DNA from: Verrucomicrobiales bacterium
Lineage (GTDB): Bacteria > Verrucomicrobiota > Verrucomicrobiia > Verrucomicrobiales > DEV007
Assembly (NCBI GenBank): GCA_041395145.1
Contig: JAWLBD010000002.1
Coordinates: 39,890-103,889 of the forward strand
Length of the DNA: 64,000 bases
Reading direction: 5' to 3'
The notes under the pieces: model-generated
The model's input: only the letters and a program-made list of their open reading frames with translations
The model's database searches: none
Told to the model about the DNA's origin: nothing
Shown: positions 18,416 to 29,721 of the stretch, one piece after another
How the letters are laid out: the number at the start of each line of letters is the position of its first letter
Numbering within the stretch: the first letter of the stretch is position 1
Made by a program: the position numbers and the translations under genes

Positions 18416-18892
18416 ATGAAATTTCAGATCCCAGAGGGCGGCATCCGGCTCGAAGGCGAATTCCCCGAAGAAATCTTCGACCTTTCGGCGGAGGACGCCG
18501 CCAAGCCGGTCGGCCGGGCGCGCTACCGGCTCTTCGGCGAGCGCCAGGGCAATTTCGCCATCGTGACCGGCGAGGTGGAGGCGGATTTCGAGCTGACCTG
18601 CGTGCGTTGCAACGAGCCGTTCGTCGAGCGCGTCGAGATCGGCGATTTCCACGCGGAAGAAGAGGTTGCGGCAGATGGGATGATCGACTTGACGGATCGG
18701 GTAAGGGAGGATATTCTCCTCGCCCTTCCCGGCTACCCCCGGTGTGACGAAGCGCGCCTAAATCCAAGGCGTTGCCCGGCCGAAGGTCGATTCTCCACGG
18801 TGGATGTATCCCCCAGCGAAAGCGGAGACGAGACCCAAGGCGGCTCCCCATGGGACGCGCTCGACACGCTCGATGGCGGGAAATCGAATTAA
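18416..18892 (+). CDS. yceD: YceD/DUF177 family protein (large-subunit rRNA accumulation protein)
   Basis: 158 aa. [26 protein letters not shown]...[21 protein letters not shown], positioned directly upstream of rpmF as in most bacteria. Confidence 0.85.
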   Translation: MKFQIPEGGIRLEGEFPEEIFDLSAEDAAKPVGRARYRLFGERQGNFAIVTGEVEADFELTCVRCNEPFVERVEIGDFHAEEEVAADGMIDLTDRVREDILLALPGYPRCDEARLNPRRCPAEGRFSTVDVSPSESGDETQGGSPWDALDTLDGGKSN

Positions 18893-18930
18893 TCCACAGC
18901 AACCGAAACTCTTTCGCCCCCCACAAAGCC

Positions 18931-19113
18931 ATGGCCGTTCCCAAGCGCAGAACTTCCAAAATGAAGTCCCGGCAGCGCCGCGCCGCGCACCGCTGGAGCC
19001 CGCCGCAGTTGAAGACCTGCCCAGAGTGCGGCTCGTCCGTCCCCTCGCACATCGCGTGCCCGTCCTGCGGTTACTACCGCGGCCGGCAGGTCCTCACGAT
19101 CGACGAGTTTTAA
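18931..19113 (+). CDS. rpmF: 50S ribosomal protein L32
   Basis: [54 protein letters not shown]: the canonical L32 N-terminus and CxxC...CxxC zinc ribbon. Confidence 0.95.
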   Translation: MAVPKRRTSKMKSRQRRAAHRWSPPQLKTCPECGSSVPSHIACPSCGYYRGRQVLTIDEF

Positions 19114-19159
19114 GGTGCCGCGCCGGTTTCGGCGCCGCGTTGCCTTCCCTGGAGAAAAT

Positions 19160-19192
19160 CGCCCGCCGCCCTGCGCCGGGCGGTTTCTTTTT
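19160..19192 (+). terminator. Possible intrinsic terminator after rpmF
   Basis: Stem CGCCCG (19160-19165) pairs with CGGGCG (19177-19182). The loop is 11 nt and is followed by TTTCTTTTT. Confidence 0.4.
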
Positions 19193-19324
19193 CGCGGGAT
19201 GTCGCTAGGAGCCGGATCGCCGCGCGTGGATTTCCGCTGATTGGGCTTGCCCCCGGCGGGCGCTTCGATTTCTTCCGGGACTCCACTCGCCCCACATGCA
19301 CCCACCCTTTCCTACCGCCCGGGA

Positions 19325-20335
19325 ATGAAAATCGCCCTCGACGCCATGGGCGGTGACTTCGGTCCGCCGCACAACATCGCGGGCGCGAAACTGGCGCTCG
19401 CCGACAATCACCACATCGAAAAGCTCTTCCTCGTCGGGGATGAGGCGTTGTTGAAGGCGGAGGTCGATGCCCAGGGGCTGAGCGACCGGCGGGTCGAGAT
19501 CGTCCACGCCTCCCAAGTCGTCACCATGCACGACCCGGCGACGGCGGCGGTGCGGGGCAAAAAAGACTCGTCCATCACGGTCGCCGCCGATCTGGTCAAA
19601 CGGGGCGAGAGCGAGGCGGTCGTCAGCGCCGGGCACACCGGGGCGGCGGTCGCGGCGACCACGGTGAAGTTCCGCCTGCTGCCGGGCGTCGAGCGCGCGG
19701 GCATCGCCTCGCCGATCCCGAACGACCACGGGATCTGCAATTTGATCGACGCCGGGGCGAACCCGGAGGCCAAGCCGATCCACCTGCTCCAATACGCGAT
19801 CATGGGCAGCGTGTATGCGCGCCACGTCCAAGGCGTCCCCAAGCCGCGGGTCGGCTTGATGTCGGTGGGCGAGGAGGACAGCAAAGGGACCGAATTCACC
19901 AGGGAAGTCTTTGCCCTGCTCAGGGAGAGCAACCTGAATTTCAAAGGGAACATCGAGGGGCACGACCTGTTCGAGAGCGAGATCCACGTCGTCGTCTGCG
20001 ACGGCTTTGTCGGCAATGTCATCCTGAAAAGCTGCGAGGCGACCGCCAAGGCGATGATGAAGTGGCTGAAGCGCGAGCTGATGGCCAAGCCGGTGCGGAA
20101 GTTCGGCGCGATGCTCGCCAAGGGCGGGTTCGCGGCGGTCAAGGACCGGATCAGCGCCGACACGTATGGCGGCAGCCCGCTGCTCGGCGTCAACGGCATC
20201 TGCATCATCGGGCACGGCTCCAGCTCGCCGCTCGCGATCAAAAATGCCATCCTCGCCGCCTCCGAGGCGATCCGCCACGGCGTCAACCCGCACATCCAAG
20301 ACGAAATCGCAAAATTTGACCTAGCCCATGCCTAA
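19325..20335 (+). CDS. plsX: Phosphate acyltransferase PlsX
   Basis: MKIALDAMGGDFGPPHNIAGAKLAL...VVSAGHTGAAVAATT...GFVGNVILKSCE...LLGVNGICIIGHGSS. ORF 19241..20335, with the likely start at ATG 19325. Confidence 0.95.
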   Translation: MKIALDAMGGDFGPPHNIAGAKLALADNHHIEKLFLVGDEALLKAEVDAQGLSDRRVEIVHASQVVTMHDPATAAVRGKKDSSITVAADLVKRGESEAVVSAGHTGAAVAATTVKFRLLPGVERAGIASPIPNDHGICNLIDAGANPEAKPIHLLQYAIMGSVYARHVQGVPKPRVGLMSVGEEDSKGTEFTREVFALLRESNLNFKGNIEGHDLFESEIHVVVCDGFVGNVILKSCEATAKAMMKWLKRELMAKPVRKFGAMLAKGGFAAVKDRISADTYGGSPLLGVNGICIIGHGSSSPLAIKNAILAASEAIRHGVNPHIQDEIAKFDLAHA

Positions 20336-21335
20336 TCACCAACCGTGCGTCATGAGCATCGCGGGCACCGGCAGCTATGTGCCGGAGCGCGTGCTCACCA
20401 ATGCCGACCTCGAAAAGCTGGTCGAAACCTCCGACGATTGGATCACCTCGCGGACGGGCATCAAGGAGCGGCGCATCGCCGCCGAGGGCGAGACGACCAG
20501 CGACATGGCGGCGAAGGCGGGCCGCCAGGCGATGGAGCAGGCCGGCGTCACCGCAGAGGAGATCGATCTCATCATCGTGGCGACCGTCACGCCGGACACG
20601 TTTTTCCCCTCCACCGCGTGCTACGTGCAGGCCAAGCTCGGCGCGGCCAATGCGGTGTGCTTTGACCTCTCGGCGGCGTGCAGCGGCTTCCTCTACGCCA
20701 TGCAGGTCGCCCGCCATTTCATCAATACCGGGAACCGGAAAACGGCGCTGATCATCGGCGCGGAAAAGCTCAGCTCGATCGTCAATTGGGAGGACCGCAC
20801 CACCTGCGTGCTCTTCGGCGACGGCGCGGGTGCCGCCGTCGTCCGCCGCCGCGAGGGCGAATCCGACACCGACGGCCAGGTGCTCTCGACCGTGATGGGC
20901 AGCGACGGCAACCAGACCGACATCCTCGTCGTGCCCGGCGGCGGAGCCGCCTGCCCGGTCACGCCGGAGAACGCCGCAGACCGGCTCAACACGATCCGCA
21001 TGTCCGGGCGCGAAGTTTACAAGCAGGCGGTCAACGCGATGCGCCGCGCCTCCGAAGAAGCGCTGGCCGCCGCCGGGCTGACGGCCGACGACGTCGCCAT
21101 GGTCATCCCGCACCAGGCCAACCTCCGGATCATCGAGGCGATCTCCGACCGGCTCGGCGTGCCGCCCGAGCGCACGTTCGTCAACCTCGACAAATACGGC
21201 AACACATCCGCCGCCGCCGTCGCCATCGCCTTCGACGAAGCCAACCGCAGCGGCGCGATCAAACGCGGCGACATCGTCCTGCTCGTCGTCTTCGGCGCAG
21301 GTCTCACCTGGGCGGCCAGCGTGATCCGCTGGTGA
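20328..21335 (+). CDS. fabH: Beta-ketoacyl-ACP synthase III (FabH)
   Basis: SIAGTGSYVPERVLTNADLEKLVETSDDWITSRTGIKERRIA, active-site context FDLSAACSGFLYAM, HQANLRIIEAI and GNTSAAAVAIAF. The start may be the Met at 20352. Confidence 0.95.
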   Translation: MPNHQPCVMSIAGTGSYVPERVLTNADLEKLVETSDDWITSRTGIKERRIAAEGETTSDMAAKAGRQAMEQAGVTAEEIDLIIVATVTPDTFFPSTACYVQAKLGAANAVCFDLSAACSGFLYAMQVARHFINTGNRKTALIIGAEKLSSIVNWEDRTTCVLFGDGAGAAVVRRREGESDTDGQVLSTVMGSDGNQTDILVVPGGGAACPVTPENAADRLNTIRMSGREVYKQAVNAMRRASEEALAAAGLTADDVAMVIPHQANLRIIEAISDRLGVPPERTFVNLDKYGNTSAAAVAIAFDEANRSGAIKRGDIVLLVVFGAGLTWAASVIRW

Positions 21336-21466
21336 GCCGGTAATTGCGGCGGTTGAAAAGGGAGGGGGTTTGGCGAATAATCCATCGGTCCGTGGGATTG
21401 CACCCTCATGGGTCGCCTACTCCGTGTGCCTCGTCTGTTCACCTTGCCCCTTTGACTCTTGCGCCC

Positions 21467-23788
21467 ATGAACCAGTCCACGACCAACCTCCGACGCCGGT
21501 GGATAGCCGCCTTCTCCGCACTGTGGACCGCACTTCTGTGCGCTACGCCGCTCCACGCCATCGAAGCGGTTGGCGAAACTCCTGCCAGCGACAACGAATC
21601 CGGCATACAGATCGCATTGCCCGAGGGACTGCCGACGGCGGACTGGCTGAGTATCCGCGCGGTCTACGAGGCGGGGCGGCATGCGTTCGAGGCGACCGAT
21701 GGCGGGTGGCAGGCGCGCAATCCAGGGCAGCAATGGGAGACGTTCTTCGACAGGCGCGGCTTTTTGGTCGAGCCGCAGGGTGGCGGATGGCAATGGGGGC
21801 TAGAGTTGTGCCGCTACGGCTTTCCCGGCGCGGAACGCCTCGTCGGCGGCACGCCCGCTGTGAAAGCCGAAGGACAGCGTCTCACTTACGATTGGGACGA
21901 TGCGGTGCAGGAGTGGTTCGTCAATGATGCGCGGGGGTTGGAACACGGGTTCACAGTGCGAGAGCGTCCGAACCGACCCGAAGGACCGCAGACCCGATCC
22001 AACAGCCTACTCCGCTTTACCCTGACCACCCGCGGCACATTGGCCCCACACGTTGCCAACGACGCGCAGAGCGTGACCTATCAGGACGCCGCCGGTGCCG
22101 CGGTGCTCACCTACTCCGGACTGAAGGTGTGGGATGCGGATGGGAAAGTGCTGCCCTCTGGCTTCGAGACCACTGGGAAGGAGGGCGTGTATCTATGGGT
22201 GGACGAACATGGGGCGCGCTACCCGCTGACGATCGACCCCATCGCCCAGCAGGCCTACCTCAAAGCGCATCAGGTCAGCACGATTGATTTTTTCGGAAGT
22301 TCGGTAGCGAGTTCAGGCGACACAGTGGTAGTGGGGTCGATTTCCGAAGACAGCAGCACGACGGGAATCAACAGCACGCCCAACGAGAGCGGAAATGCTG
22401 CCGGTGCCGCCTACGTGTTCGTGCGCAACGGGACCACGTGGACCCAGCAAGCCTACCTGAAGGCCACTACTATCGGGGCAGGGACGCCTTCGGCACCAAC
22501 TTTGGGCGCTCGGTGGCAATTTCCGGAGATACGGTGGTGGTCGGCGCCGATGGCGAAGACAGTGGCACCACGGGAGTCAACAGCACTCCCACCGAGGAGA
22601 ACTACCTGTTGGATTCGGGAGCAGCCTACGTGCGTTCGTCCGCAACGGGACGACGTGGACGCAGCAGGCTTACCTAAAGGCTAGCCAGGTAGCCCGGGAT
22701 GATTTCTTCGGTTGGTCGGTGGCAGTGTCGGGCGACACGGTGGTAGTGGGGGCATATGGAAGGTCGGATTACCAAGGCATTGCTCACGGTGTTCGTGCAG
22801 CGAAGGCGCCTGGATTCAGCAGGCTAGTTTGGGCAATCAGGGCAACTCCTCCGACGCGTTCGGCAGGTCCGTGGCTATCTCTGGAGACACGGTGGTGGTG
22901 GGTGCCGACGGCGAAGATAGCAGCACCACGGGAGTCAACTCAACCCCCGACGAGAGCGCAAACAGCGCGGGGGCGGCCTACGTGTTTGTCCGCAGCGGCA
23001 CACTCTGGTCCTGGCGATGACTTATCTCTGGTACCCCATCAAGTCACCGCAGGAGACCACTTTGGCAGTTCCGTGGCGATCTCGGGCGACACCGTGGCTG
23101 TGGGAGCGCGCAGTCGTGCCGGCTCCGGAGCGGCTTATGTGTTCGTGCGCGATGGCGGGATGTGGAGCGCAGCAGGTAGTCTGAGGGCCCACCAATTCAG
23201 CATCTACGACGAATTCGGAAGTTCCATTGCGATATCTGGAGATACGTTGGTCGTCGGGGCACAGTATGAGGATGGTAGCGGGGCAGGGATCGACAGCATT
23301 CCCAATGAGGATGCGCCAGATGCAGGTGCGGTATTACGTTTTCCTGCAGCAGCGGCACCACTTGGACTCAGCAGGCGTATCTGAAAGCCTCACAAGTCAG
23401 TGAATATGACCGCTTCGGGCGCCTGCTACCGATTTTTGGTGATACTGTGGTGGTTGGAGCACCGAGGAATCCAGCAGCACGACCGGAGTCAACAGCATTC
23501 CAGACGAGGCGCCTCCAGAGCAGGAGCAGTACCTACGTGTTCACCGGTTTCGGTCCTCCCCCTGAAGATGAACCTGAATGTCACCATCGACCTCGTCTCG
23601 GATGACCAGATCTCGCTGGCTTCGATACGGTCGAGGGCTTCGACTACGACATCGAATACACCGACGATCTGATCGAGTGGAAACTTCTGCTGACCATCGC
23701 TGGCGACGGCACGCGAAAGGGGGAATCGTTCAGCCCTCCGGAAGATCCGACTTTGCAGCACTACCGAATCGCGATCCGACAGCGCTAA
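21467..23788 (+). pseudogene. Secreted FG-GAP-like repeat protein, reading frame broken at least six times between about 22.44 and 23.62 kb
   Basis: Signal peptide MNQSTTNLRRRWIAAFSALWTALLCATPLHA at 21467. At least seven repeats of the form FG(S/R)SVAISGDTVVVGA..EDS.TTG(V/I)NSTP.E....GAAYVFVR...W are scattered over all three forward frames (ORFs 21344..22684, 22438..22677, 22712..23020, 22719..23384, 23400..23672). The C-terminal module GFDTVEGFDYDIEYTDDLIEWKLLLTIAGDGT...HYRIAIRQR ends at TAA 23786-23788. Confidence 0.75.
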
Positions 23789-23885
23789 GCCGGGGGCAGC
23801 TTTTGCGGCTCGATCCGCGCGATTTCCCGAACTTTCGGGGCGAAAGCTTACTAATAATGGTGGTCCCTCCGCCTTTCCTTAGCCC

Positions 23886-26800
23886 ATGCCGATCTCCCGA
23901 AACCCTCTGACGCTCGCTGTTGTAGCGGGATCGCTCCTTGCGGCGGGCGCAGCGGTCGCGCAATTCGACAATCTTTTTGAGACCCAGCATGCTGACCTAG
24001 GCGATGGCGTGCGGGCGACCTCGCTGGCGGCCGGCTCGCTCAATGAGCTGGGCGAGATCACGGTGACGGCGGGTTTGAGCGACGGCGGCACCGCGCACAT
24101 CGGACCGCTTTCGCGGGGATCGACGGTCCCGCAGGTCATGCTGCGGACCGGTCAGATGGGGCTGGGCGCGGCGGCGGACGCGCCGGTCCTTCCGGTTTGG
24201 AGTTCCAGCTCCCTCGGCGGGGCGGCGCTCTTGGCGACGCCGGGGACGGAGTTTGCCTGCGGCGCGCGGCTCGATACGGGCGGCTTTCCGGATGTCCTCA
24301 TGCGGCGGCTTCCCGCAAAGCCCGTCGATTTTATTGCAGAAGGGCGAGCCAGGTCCGCCGATCATCCTGACGACCATCCCGAATCCAATCCCGCGATCGG
24401 TAGAGGACGTGAGCTTTGTCCGGCTCAACTCGGGCAGAATGATCGCCTGCGCGACGACGTGGGAGGGGCAAAACACGAACTGGTTCGGGATCTGGACGAA
24501 CGACGAAGGCGACTTCGAAGCCGTCGCCTCCAACCACACCGATATCGAGGCGGTGGGATTGGCGCGCCCGATACGGCCGCTCGGTCTCCATACCAGTTCC
24601 GGATCGGGACTGCTCCTCGATGACGAGGGCGATGTTCTTTTTTCGGTCACCGGGAGCGGCTGGTGGACGTTCCTGGGCAAGCCGGGCTCGTGGGAAGCCG
24701 TCGGGCAGAGCGGGTCGCAGGCTCCCGGCTTTCCGGCGGGGGTCAACATGATCAACCAAAACGCCCCGCTCTCCCTCTCCGCCAACGGCCGCTATCTGAT
24801 CCTGGGAGAGGCGGGCGGGACTGATGTTATCTGGCAGGGGCGCCGCGGCTCGCTGGCGTCCCGAGGCATTGTCGTCCGGGGGACTGACCAGCCGCCGGGC
24901 GCGCCGGCTGGCGCCCAGTTCCACCCCTTCAGCAACCCGCTCGCAGCGGTTTCGTCCTACGGGCGTGTCGCCTTCCTCTGGAGCCTCGATACCTCGCACG
25001 CCGGCGTCGATGCGTCCAACGACACCGGGCTGTGGGCGTGGGAGGAGGGCGAAGGGCTCAGCTTGATCGCCATCGAAGGCGGGGCGCGCCCCGATGGCGG
25101 CACTTGGGACAATTTTCCGACCGCCCTGAACCTGGCGATGAACCGGAACGGCGATGTTGCCTTTAGCAGCGGCAACATCGTCTGGGTGGATCGCGGCGAC
25201 GGGTCCGGTCCGCAGCGGGTCGCCGGTCCGGGTGATCCAGTCGATCTGATGGGCGGCCCGACGGTCGCGATCACAGCCGCGAACCTCTTCCCCCGAAAGA
25301 CGAACACGTTTCCCAATGGCGGCGGCGGTACGCTATCGCATTTCAACGCGGCGGGCGACCTTTTGCTCCACCTGACCGCGCCGGGTAGCAGGCAAATCGC
25401 CGCGCTCGCCCGGATCGGCGGCGGATCGGGCACCGGCGTTTCCATGCACCGGGTCACCAAGCTGGCGGCAACCAACTGGGAGTCAACGGATCCTAATGCG
25501 CCGATCGAAATCGCCGCCGATGGCGCGGCGATCGCCTCGCTGCCCGCCGTGTTAGAAGGCGTCGTCGCCGACGGAGTGACGCCTCTGGTCTTCAAGATCG
25601 AAGCTGAGCGCGGCGCGATGCTATCGTGGGACTGCGAAGTGACCACGCCGGGCGGCGCGGTCGATGGCGGCATCGCCGAGTCGATGCGCGGCACCGTTGG
25701 CGGCGCGTGGTCGGCACCCGGAGCGCGGTTTCTCACGATTCCGGGCAGCGGTCCGTTCGACGGCATGGCGGCAGTCTATCTCGAGGCGCTCGATCCCAGC
25801 GGCGTGGTCTTTCCGCCGGGCGTGGCTAGAACTGGAAGCCACGTTTTCGCTGCGGGACGAAGGCGGCGCGCTGCTCGCGGATCAGCCGTTCAAAATCCGG
25901 CGCCCGCCGGTTTTCCTCATCCCCGGCAGGTCAGGCTTTTCGTGGGGGGAGGGCTTCCTCGCGCCGATCAAAGCGAGCCGCCACCCGGAATTCATCGTCA
26001 GCCTCACCTTTGATCCAAACACGTTTTTGCAAGGCGGGGACCCGGTCATCAAAAGATCGGGTCAGGCGGTTTCGGGGCTTGGCTGGAACGCGGCGATCGA
26101 ACCCTTGCTCGAGGGTTGGGCAATCTCTCGGGTCGATGCGGTCGCGCATGGATTCGGCGGCCACCTCGTCAAGGGGCTGGCATCCACCGACTACACCGGC
26201 GAGGGATTTCTCAACGACCGGAATGCCTTCCGCGGTCTCTACCGCCGCGCGGTGACGGTCGGCTGCCCCCATCTCTACGGGGCCGGAACGGTCCAAGCCT
26301 ATGCCGCCCAACTGCTGAGGGAGACGCGCAAGCTGGATCCGTCGCCCAACGGTCCGTTCAGCTTCTTTCCAAGCTCCCTGCTTTCGGAAGATCCGTGGGG
26401 GATCGAAGAGGAGGCGAACGCGCGCATCTATTACTATGCGAAATTCTCGCACGCCAATCCTAATGCGATGATTTGCCCGCTGGGAACGCGGATCGATCCC
26501 TCCGCCGCCCCGGCATTCAAGCATATCGCGCTGGCCGGGGCGCGCCTCGCGCTGGTCGCCCCGCTCGGCTCTGACGGCGTCGTCGAAATCGAAAGCGCGA
26601 CCGCTGGGTTCGAGGGCGTCGAGCTGACCGGGCATCTGGCCAGCCACGCCGGGGGAGCCAGCCTGTTCGGGGCGGCGGCGCAGGCGGAGTCGCCCGAGGT
26701 CGGCGCGAAGGTGATCGAGCTGCTCGATGCCGCCGATTCGCGAGGATTTGTCGCAGCATCCGGGATTGGCGTCGGGGTCAGCGAGCTATCCGGTCTCCGC

Positions 26801-27925
26801 AACAGGCAGATCGCCGATGCGGTCGCCGATGCGATCCGCCAACGCGCCGAAGAGGTCGTTCTCGCCAGAACCCAGCTTCTGGAATTGCTCGCGGACGACG
26901 CCAAAGCTGGTAAGAAGGGTGCCGGCGAGAAGGCGGAAGAGACGTTTGCCTATGAGATCGCCATCCCGCCCGAAGCGCCGCTCGCGCCGGGGTCGACGCC
27001 CTCGTTCATCGCCGAGGTTTTCGGTCCCGATGGACCCACCTTTGGCGGCGTTTCGGTGGCGGTCGATCCGGGGAACCCGGCCCGCGTTTCCGTGGTGGTC
27101 GCCGACGGCGTGGTCGGCGATGTCGTGCTCTACGCGTCCTACGAGTCTGCCAATGCCGGTCTCATCTTCGCCGAACCCGCCGTCGTCGCGTCGCCCGCAC
27201 CCGCCGGGGCGACGCTCGCCAGCATCGCGCTGGTGCCGGACACGCTCACGCTCGACGTCGGCAGCGAGACCGCCCCGGTCCTCTTCGCGAACTACTCGAA
27301 CGGGATGAGCCTCCGCCGCTGGATCGCCCCAGGTGATTTCACCGTCGTGTCCAGCAATCCGGCTGCCGTGGATGTCTCTGCCGACAAGATGCGGTGGAAG
27401 GCGCTGGCAGATGGGCTTTCCAATGTCACCGTCACCTACGCGGGTCTCCAAGCGCGGGCGGCCATCACCGTCAAGGCGGCGCATCCGCCGCTCGATTTTT
27501 CCGCCTGGAAGGCGCAGTTTTTCGACGCCGCAGAGCTCGCCGACCCGGCGGTGGCGGGCGACTTCGCCGATCCCGATGGCGACGCGCTGAGCACCTATTT
27601 CGAATACCTGACCGGCGGACATCCCCGCTTTACCGACGCCAGCGGACCCGTGCAGGTGATCGAAGCAGACCTCGGCGGGACCGTCCGCCCGGTCGTCGCG
27701 ATCCGTCTGTCCGCCCAGCTTTCCGGCGAAACGGTCCGCGTTCAATCCTCGGGAGAACTCGGCGGCTGGGAGGATGTCTTTGCCTTTTCGGGCAGCGGCT
27801 CACCCGGCGAGGGACACCCCGCCGTCCTCGCCATCACGGACGACGGACCATTCTTCACGGTGATCCTCGACCCCGCCGAGATCGGCGCAGCCTTCTTCCG
27901 GCTCGCTTCCGGTGCCGGTGGCTAG
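23886..27925 (+). CDS. Very large secreted or surface protein (about 1,345 aa if joined) with a beta-propeller-like N-terminal half, an alpha/beta-hydrolase (lipase-like) region, a Big_2 domain and a C-terminal DPDGD module; two apparent frameshifts
   Basis: Three overlapping ORFs (23886..24623, 24253..26013, 25664..27925) read continuously if the frame is switched near 24345 and near 25830. Signal peptide MPISRNPLTLAVVAGSLLAAGAAVAQ. Lipase-like VDAVAHGFGGHLVKGL. Big_2-like LASIALVPDTLTLDVGSETAPVLFANYSNG...VTVTYAGLQARAAITV. C-terminal ADPDGDALSTYFEYLTGGHP. Confidence 0.7.
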
Positions 27926-27988
27926 CCACTTCCAATCAACTTAGCGCCCCCCTTTCAGGGATCGCTCGCATCTTGCCCCATCGCGTGT

Positions 27989-29698
27989 ATGGGGACCGGG
28001 ATGAATCCCATGAGCCTGCCGAGGACTCTCTGCCCCCTGATCATCGCCGCCGTGTTGGGTGCGGCGGTGGCATCGCCTGTCCCCGCCCAGGACAATAACA
28101 CGGCGCCCCCAAACCCGCCGGCCAAAGAAGACGCCCCCAAGGACGACGCGCTGACCCCGATCCAGAACGTCGCCGAGACCATCGCCAAGCAGAACGCGGC
28201 GATCAAAGCGAAGGAGCGCGAGCTGGCGGCGGCGAAGACCGATGCGGAGAAGGCGGCGGCGCAGGCGGAGATCGATGCGCTCAAAGCGGAGCTGGCCGAG
28301 CAGCGGGCGCAGTTCGAGCGCCTGGCCGGCGGCGCGGATATCAGCATCTTGTCGTCGAATGGCGAGTCGCAGCCGATCGACCTCAAAGAAGAACTCGATT
28401 TGATCCTGCGCCCGATGGTGGACGAATTCCGCGAGGCGACCGCCCGCCCCCGCGAGATCGAGGGGCTGCGCAACGATCTGGAGCGCGCTAAGAAGAAGCA
28501 CGAAGCGCTGACCAAGGCGATCCTCAAGCTCGATTCGCTCATCGCCAAGGCAGAAGACCCCAACGTGGTAAAGGCGCTCAAGGACCTGCGCGAGCAGTGG
28601 CGGGAAATGCACGAGCGCGCCGCCAATGACATCACGGCGATCGAATTCGAGCTCGCCGAGAAGCTGCGGACCTCGGAGGGGGCGCTGACCGCCATCGGCG
28701 GGATCGTCCGCCGTTTTTTGGAAAACAGGGGTCGCAACCTGCTCTTCGCCGCCCTCGCCGGGCTCGGCGTCTTCCTGCTCATGCGCTACATCCACCGGCG
28801 CCTGCACCTCCGGTTTTTCAAACCGCGGCGGCAGAAGTCGTTCGCGCTGCGCATCGCCGACGTCACCTACTACGGGCTGACCTTCGCCGCGTCGGCGGCC
28901 GCCGTCTTGATCGTCCTCTACACCTCGGCGGACTGGCTGCTCTTCGGCTTCGCCATCATCGTGCTCGCCGGCTTCGCCTGGACCGCCAAGCAGACGCTGC
29001 CCCGCATCTACGAGCAGGCCAAATTGATGCTCGACCTCGGCGCGGTGCGCGAGGGCGAACGCGTCATGTTCCACGGGCTGCCGTTCCGGGTCGAGGCGGT
29101 CAACTACTACAGCTATCTGGTCAACCCGTCGCTGCAGGGCGGGCGCATCCGCCTCCCGCTCGCCGATCTGCGCGGCTTAAACTCGCGGTCGGTGGACGAT
29201 TCGATCCCGTGGTTTCCGAGCGAGCGCGGCGATTGGGTCGAGCTGAGCGACGGCACGTTTGGGCGGGTCGAGATCCAGACGCCAGAGGTCGTCAAGCTGC
29301 GCCTGCTCAGCGGCGCTTTCCAATCGATCCCGACCGACGCGTATCTCGGGCTGTCGCCGACCAACCTGCGGGACGGCTTCGGCATCCGCGTCGATTTCGG
29401 CATCGGCTATGACCACCAGAAGGAATTCGCCGAAGTGCCCGCCATCCTCGAAGCAAAGATCCGCGCCGGCTTGATCCCGCTGGTCACCGAAGACCACATC
29501 CTCGCCCTCGGCGTCGATTTCGCCGAAGCCGCCGCCTCGTCGCTCAATTTCGCCGTCCTCGCCCGCTTCTCCCAAGAGGTCGCCCCGCAGCGCCCCGCCC
29601 TGCCGCGCGCGATCCAGCGCCTGTGCGTGGAAGCCGCCAACGAACACGGCTGGGAGATCCCATTCCAGCAGGTCACCGTGCACCAGAAGCCGGCGTAG
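27989..29698 (+). CDS. MscS-family mechanosensitive channel-like protein with an N-terminal periplasmic coiled coil
   Basis: 569 aa with a signal peptide and a coiled coil (AIKAKERELAAAKTDAEKAAAQAEIDALKAELAEQRAQ), followed by TM helices. The C-terminal half (GERVMFHGLPFRVEAVNYY...GDWVELSDGTFGRVEIQTPEVVKLR...) is the MscS beta-domain pattern. Confidence 0.75.
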   Translation: MGTGMNPMSLPRTLCPLIIAAVLGAAVASPVPAQDNNTAPPNPPAKEDAPKDDALTPIQNVAETIAKQNAAIKAKERELAAAKTDAEKAAAQAEIDALKAELAEQRAQFERLAGGADISILSSNGESQPIDLKEELDLILRPMVDEFREATARPREIEGLRNDLERAKKKHEALTKAILKLDSLIAKAEDPNVVKALKDLREQWREMHERAANDITAIEFELAEKLRTSEGALTAIGGIVRRFLENRGRNLLFAALAGLGVFLLMRYIHRRLHLRFFKPRRQKSFALRIADVTYYGLTFAASAAAVLIVLYTSADWLLFGFAIIVLAGFAWTAKQTLPRIYEQAKLMLDLGAVREGERVMFHGLPFRVEAVNYYSYLVNPSLQGGRIRLPLADLRGLNSRSVDDSIPWFPSERGDWVELSDGTFGRVEIQTPEVVKLRLLSGAFQSIPTDAYLGLSPTNLRDGFGIRVDFGIGYDHQKEFAEVPAILEAKIRAGLIPLVTEDHILALGVDFAEAAASSLNFAVLARFSQEVAPQRPALPRAIQRLCVEAANEHGWEIPFQQVTVHQKPA

Positions 29699-29715
29699 CG
29701 GCCCGGCTTCGTTTT
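29688..29715. terminator. Possible bidirectional hairpin between convergent genes
   Basis: AGCCGG (29688-29693) pairs with CCGGCT (29703-29708), followed by TCGTTTT. It lies between the stops of the 27989..29698 (+) and 29722..31170 (-) genes. Confidence 0.3.
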
Positions 29716-29721
29716 GGTCAT

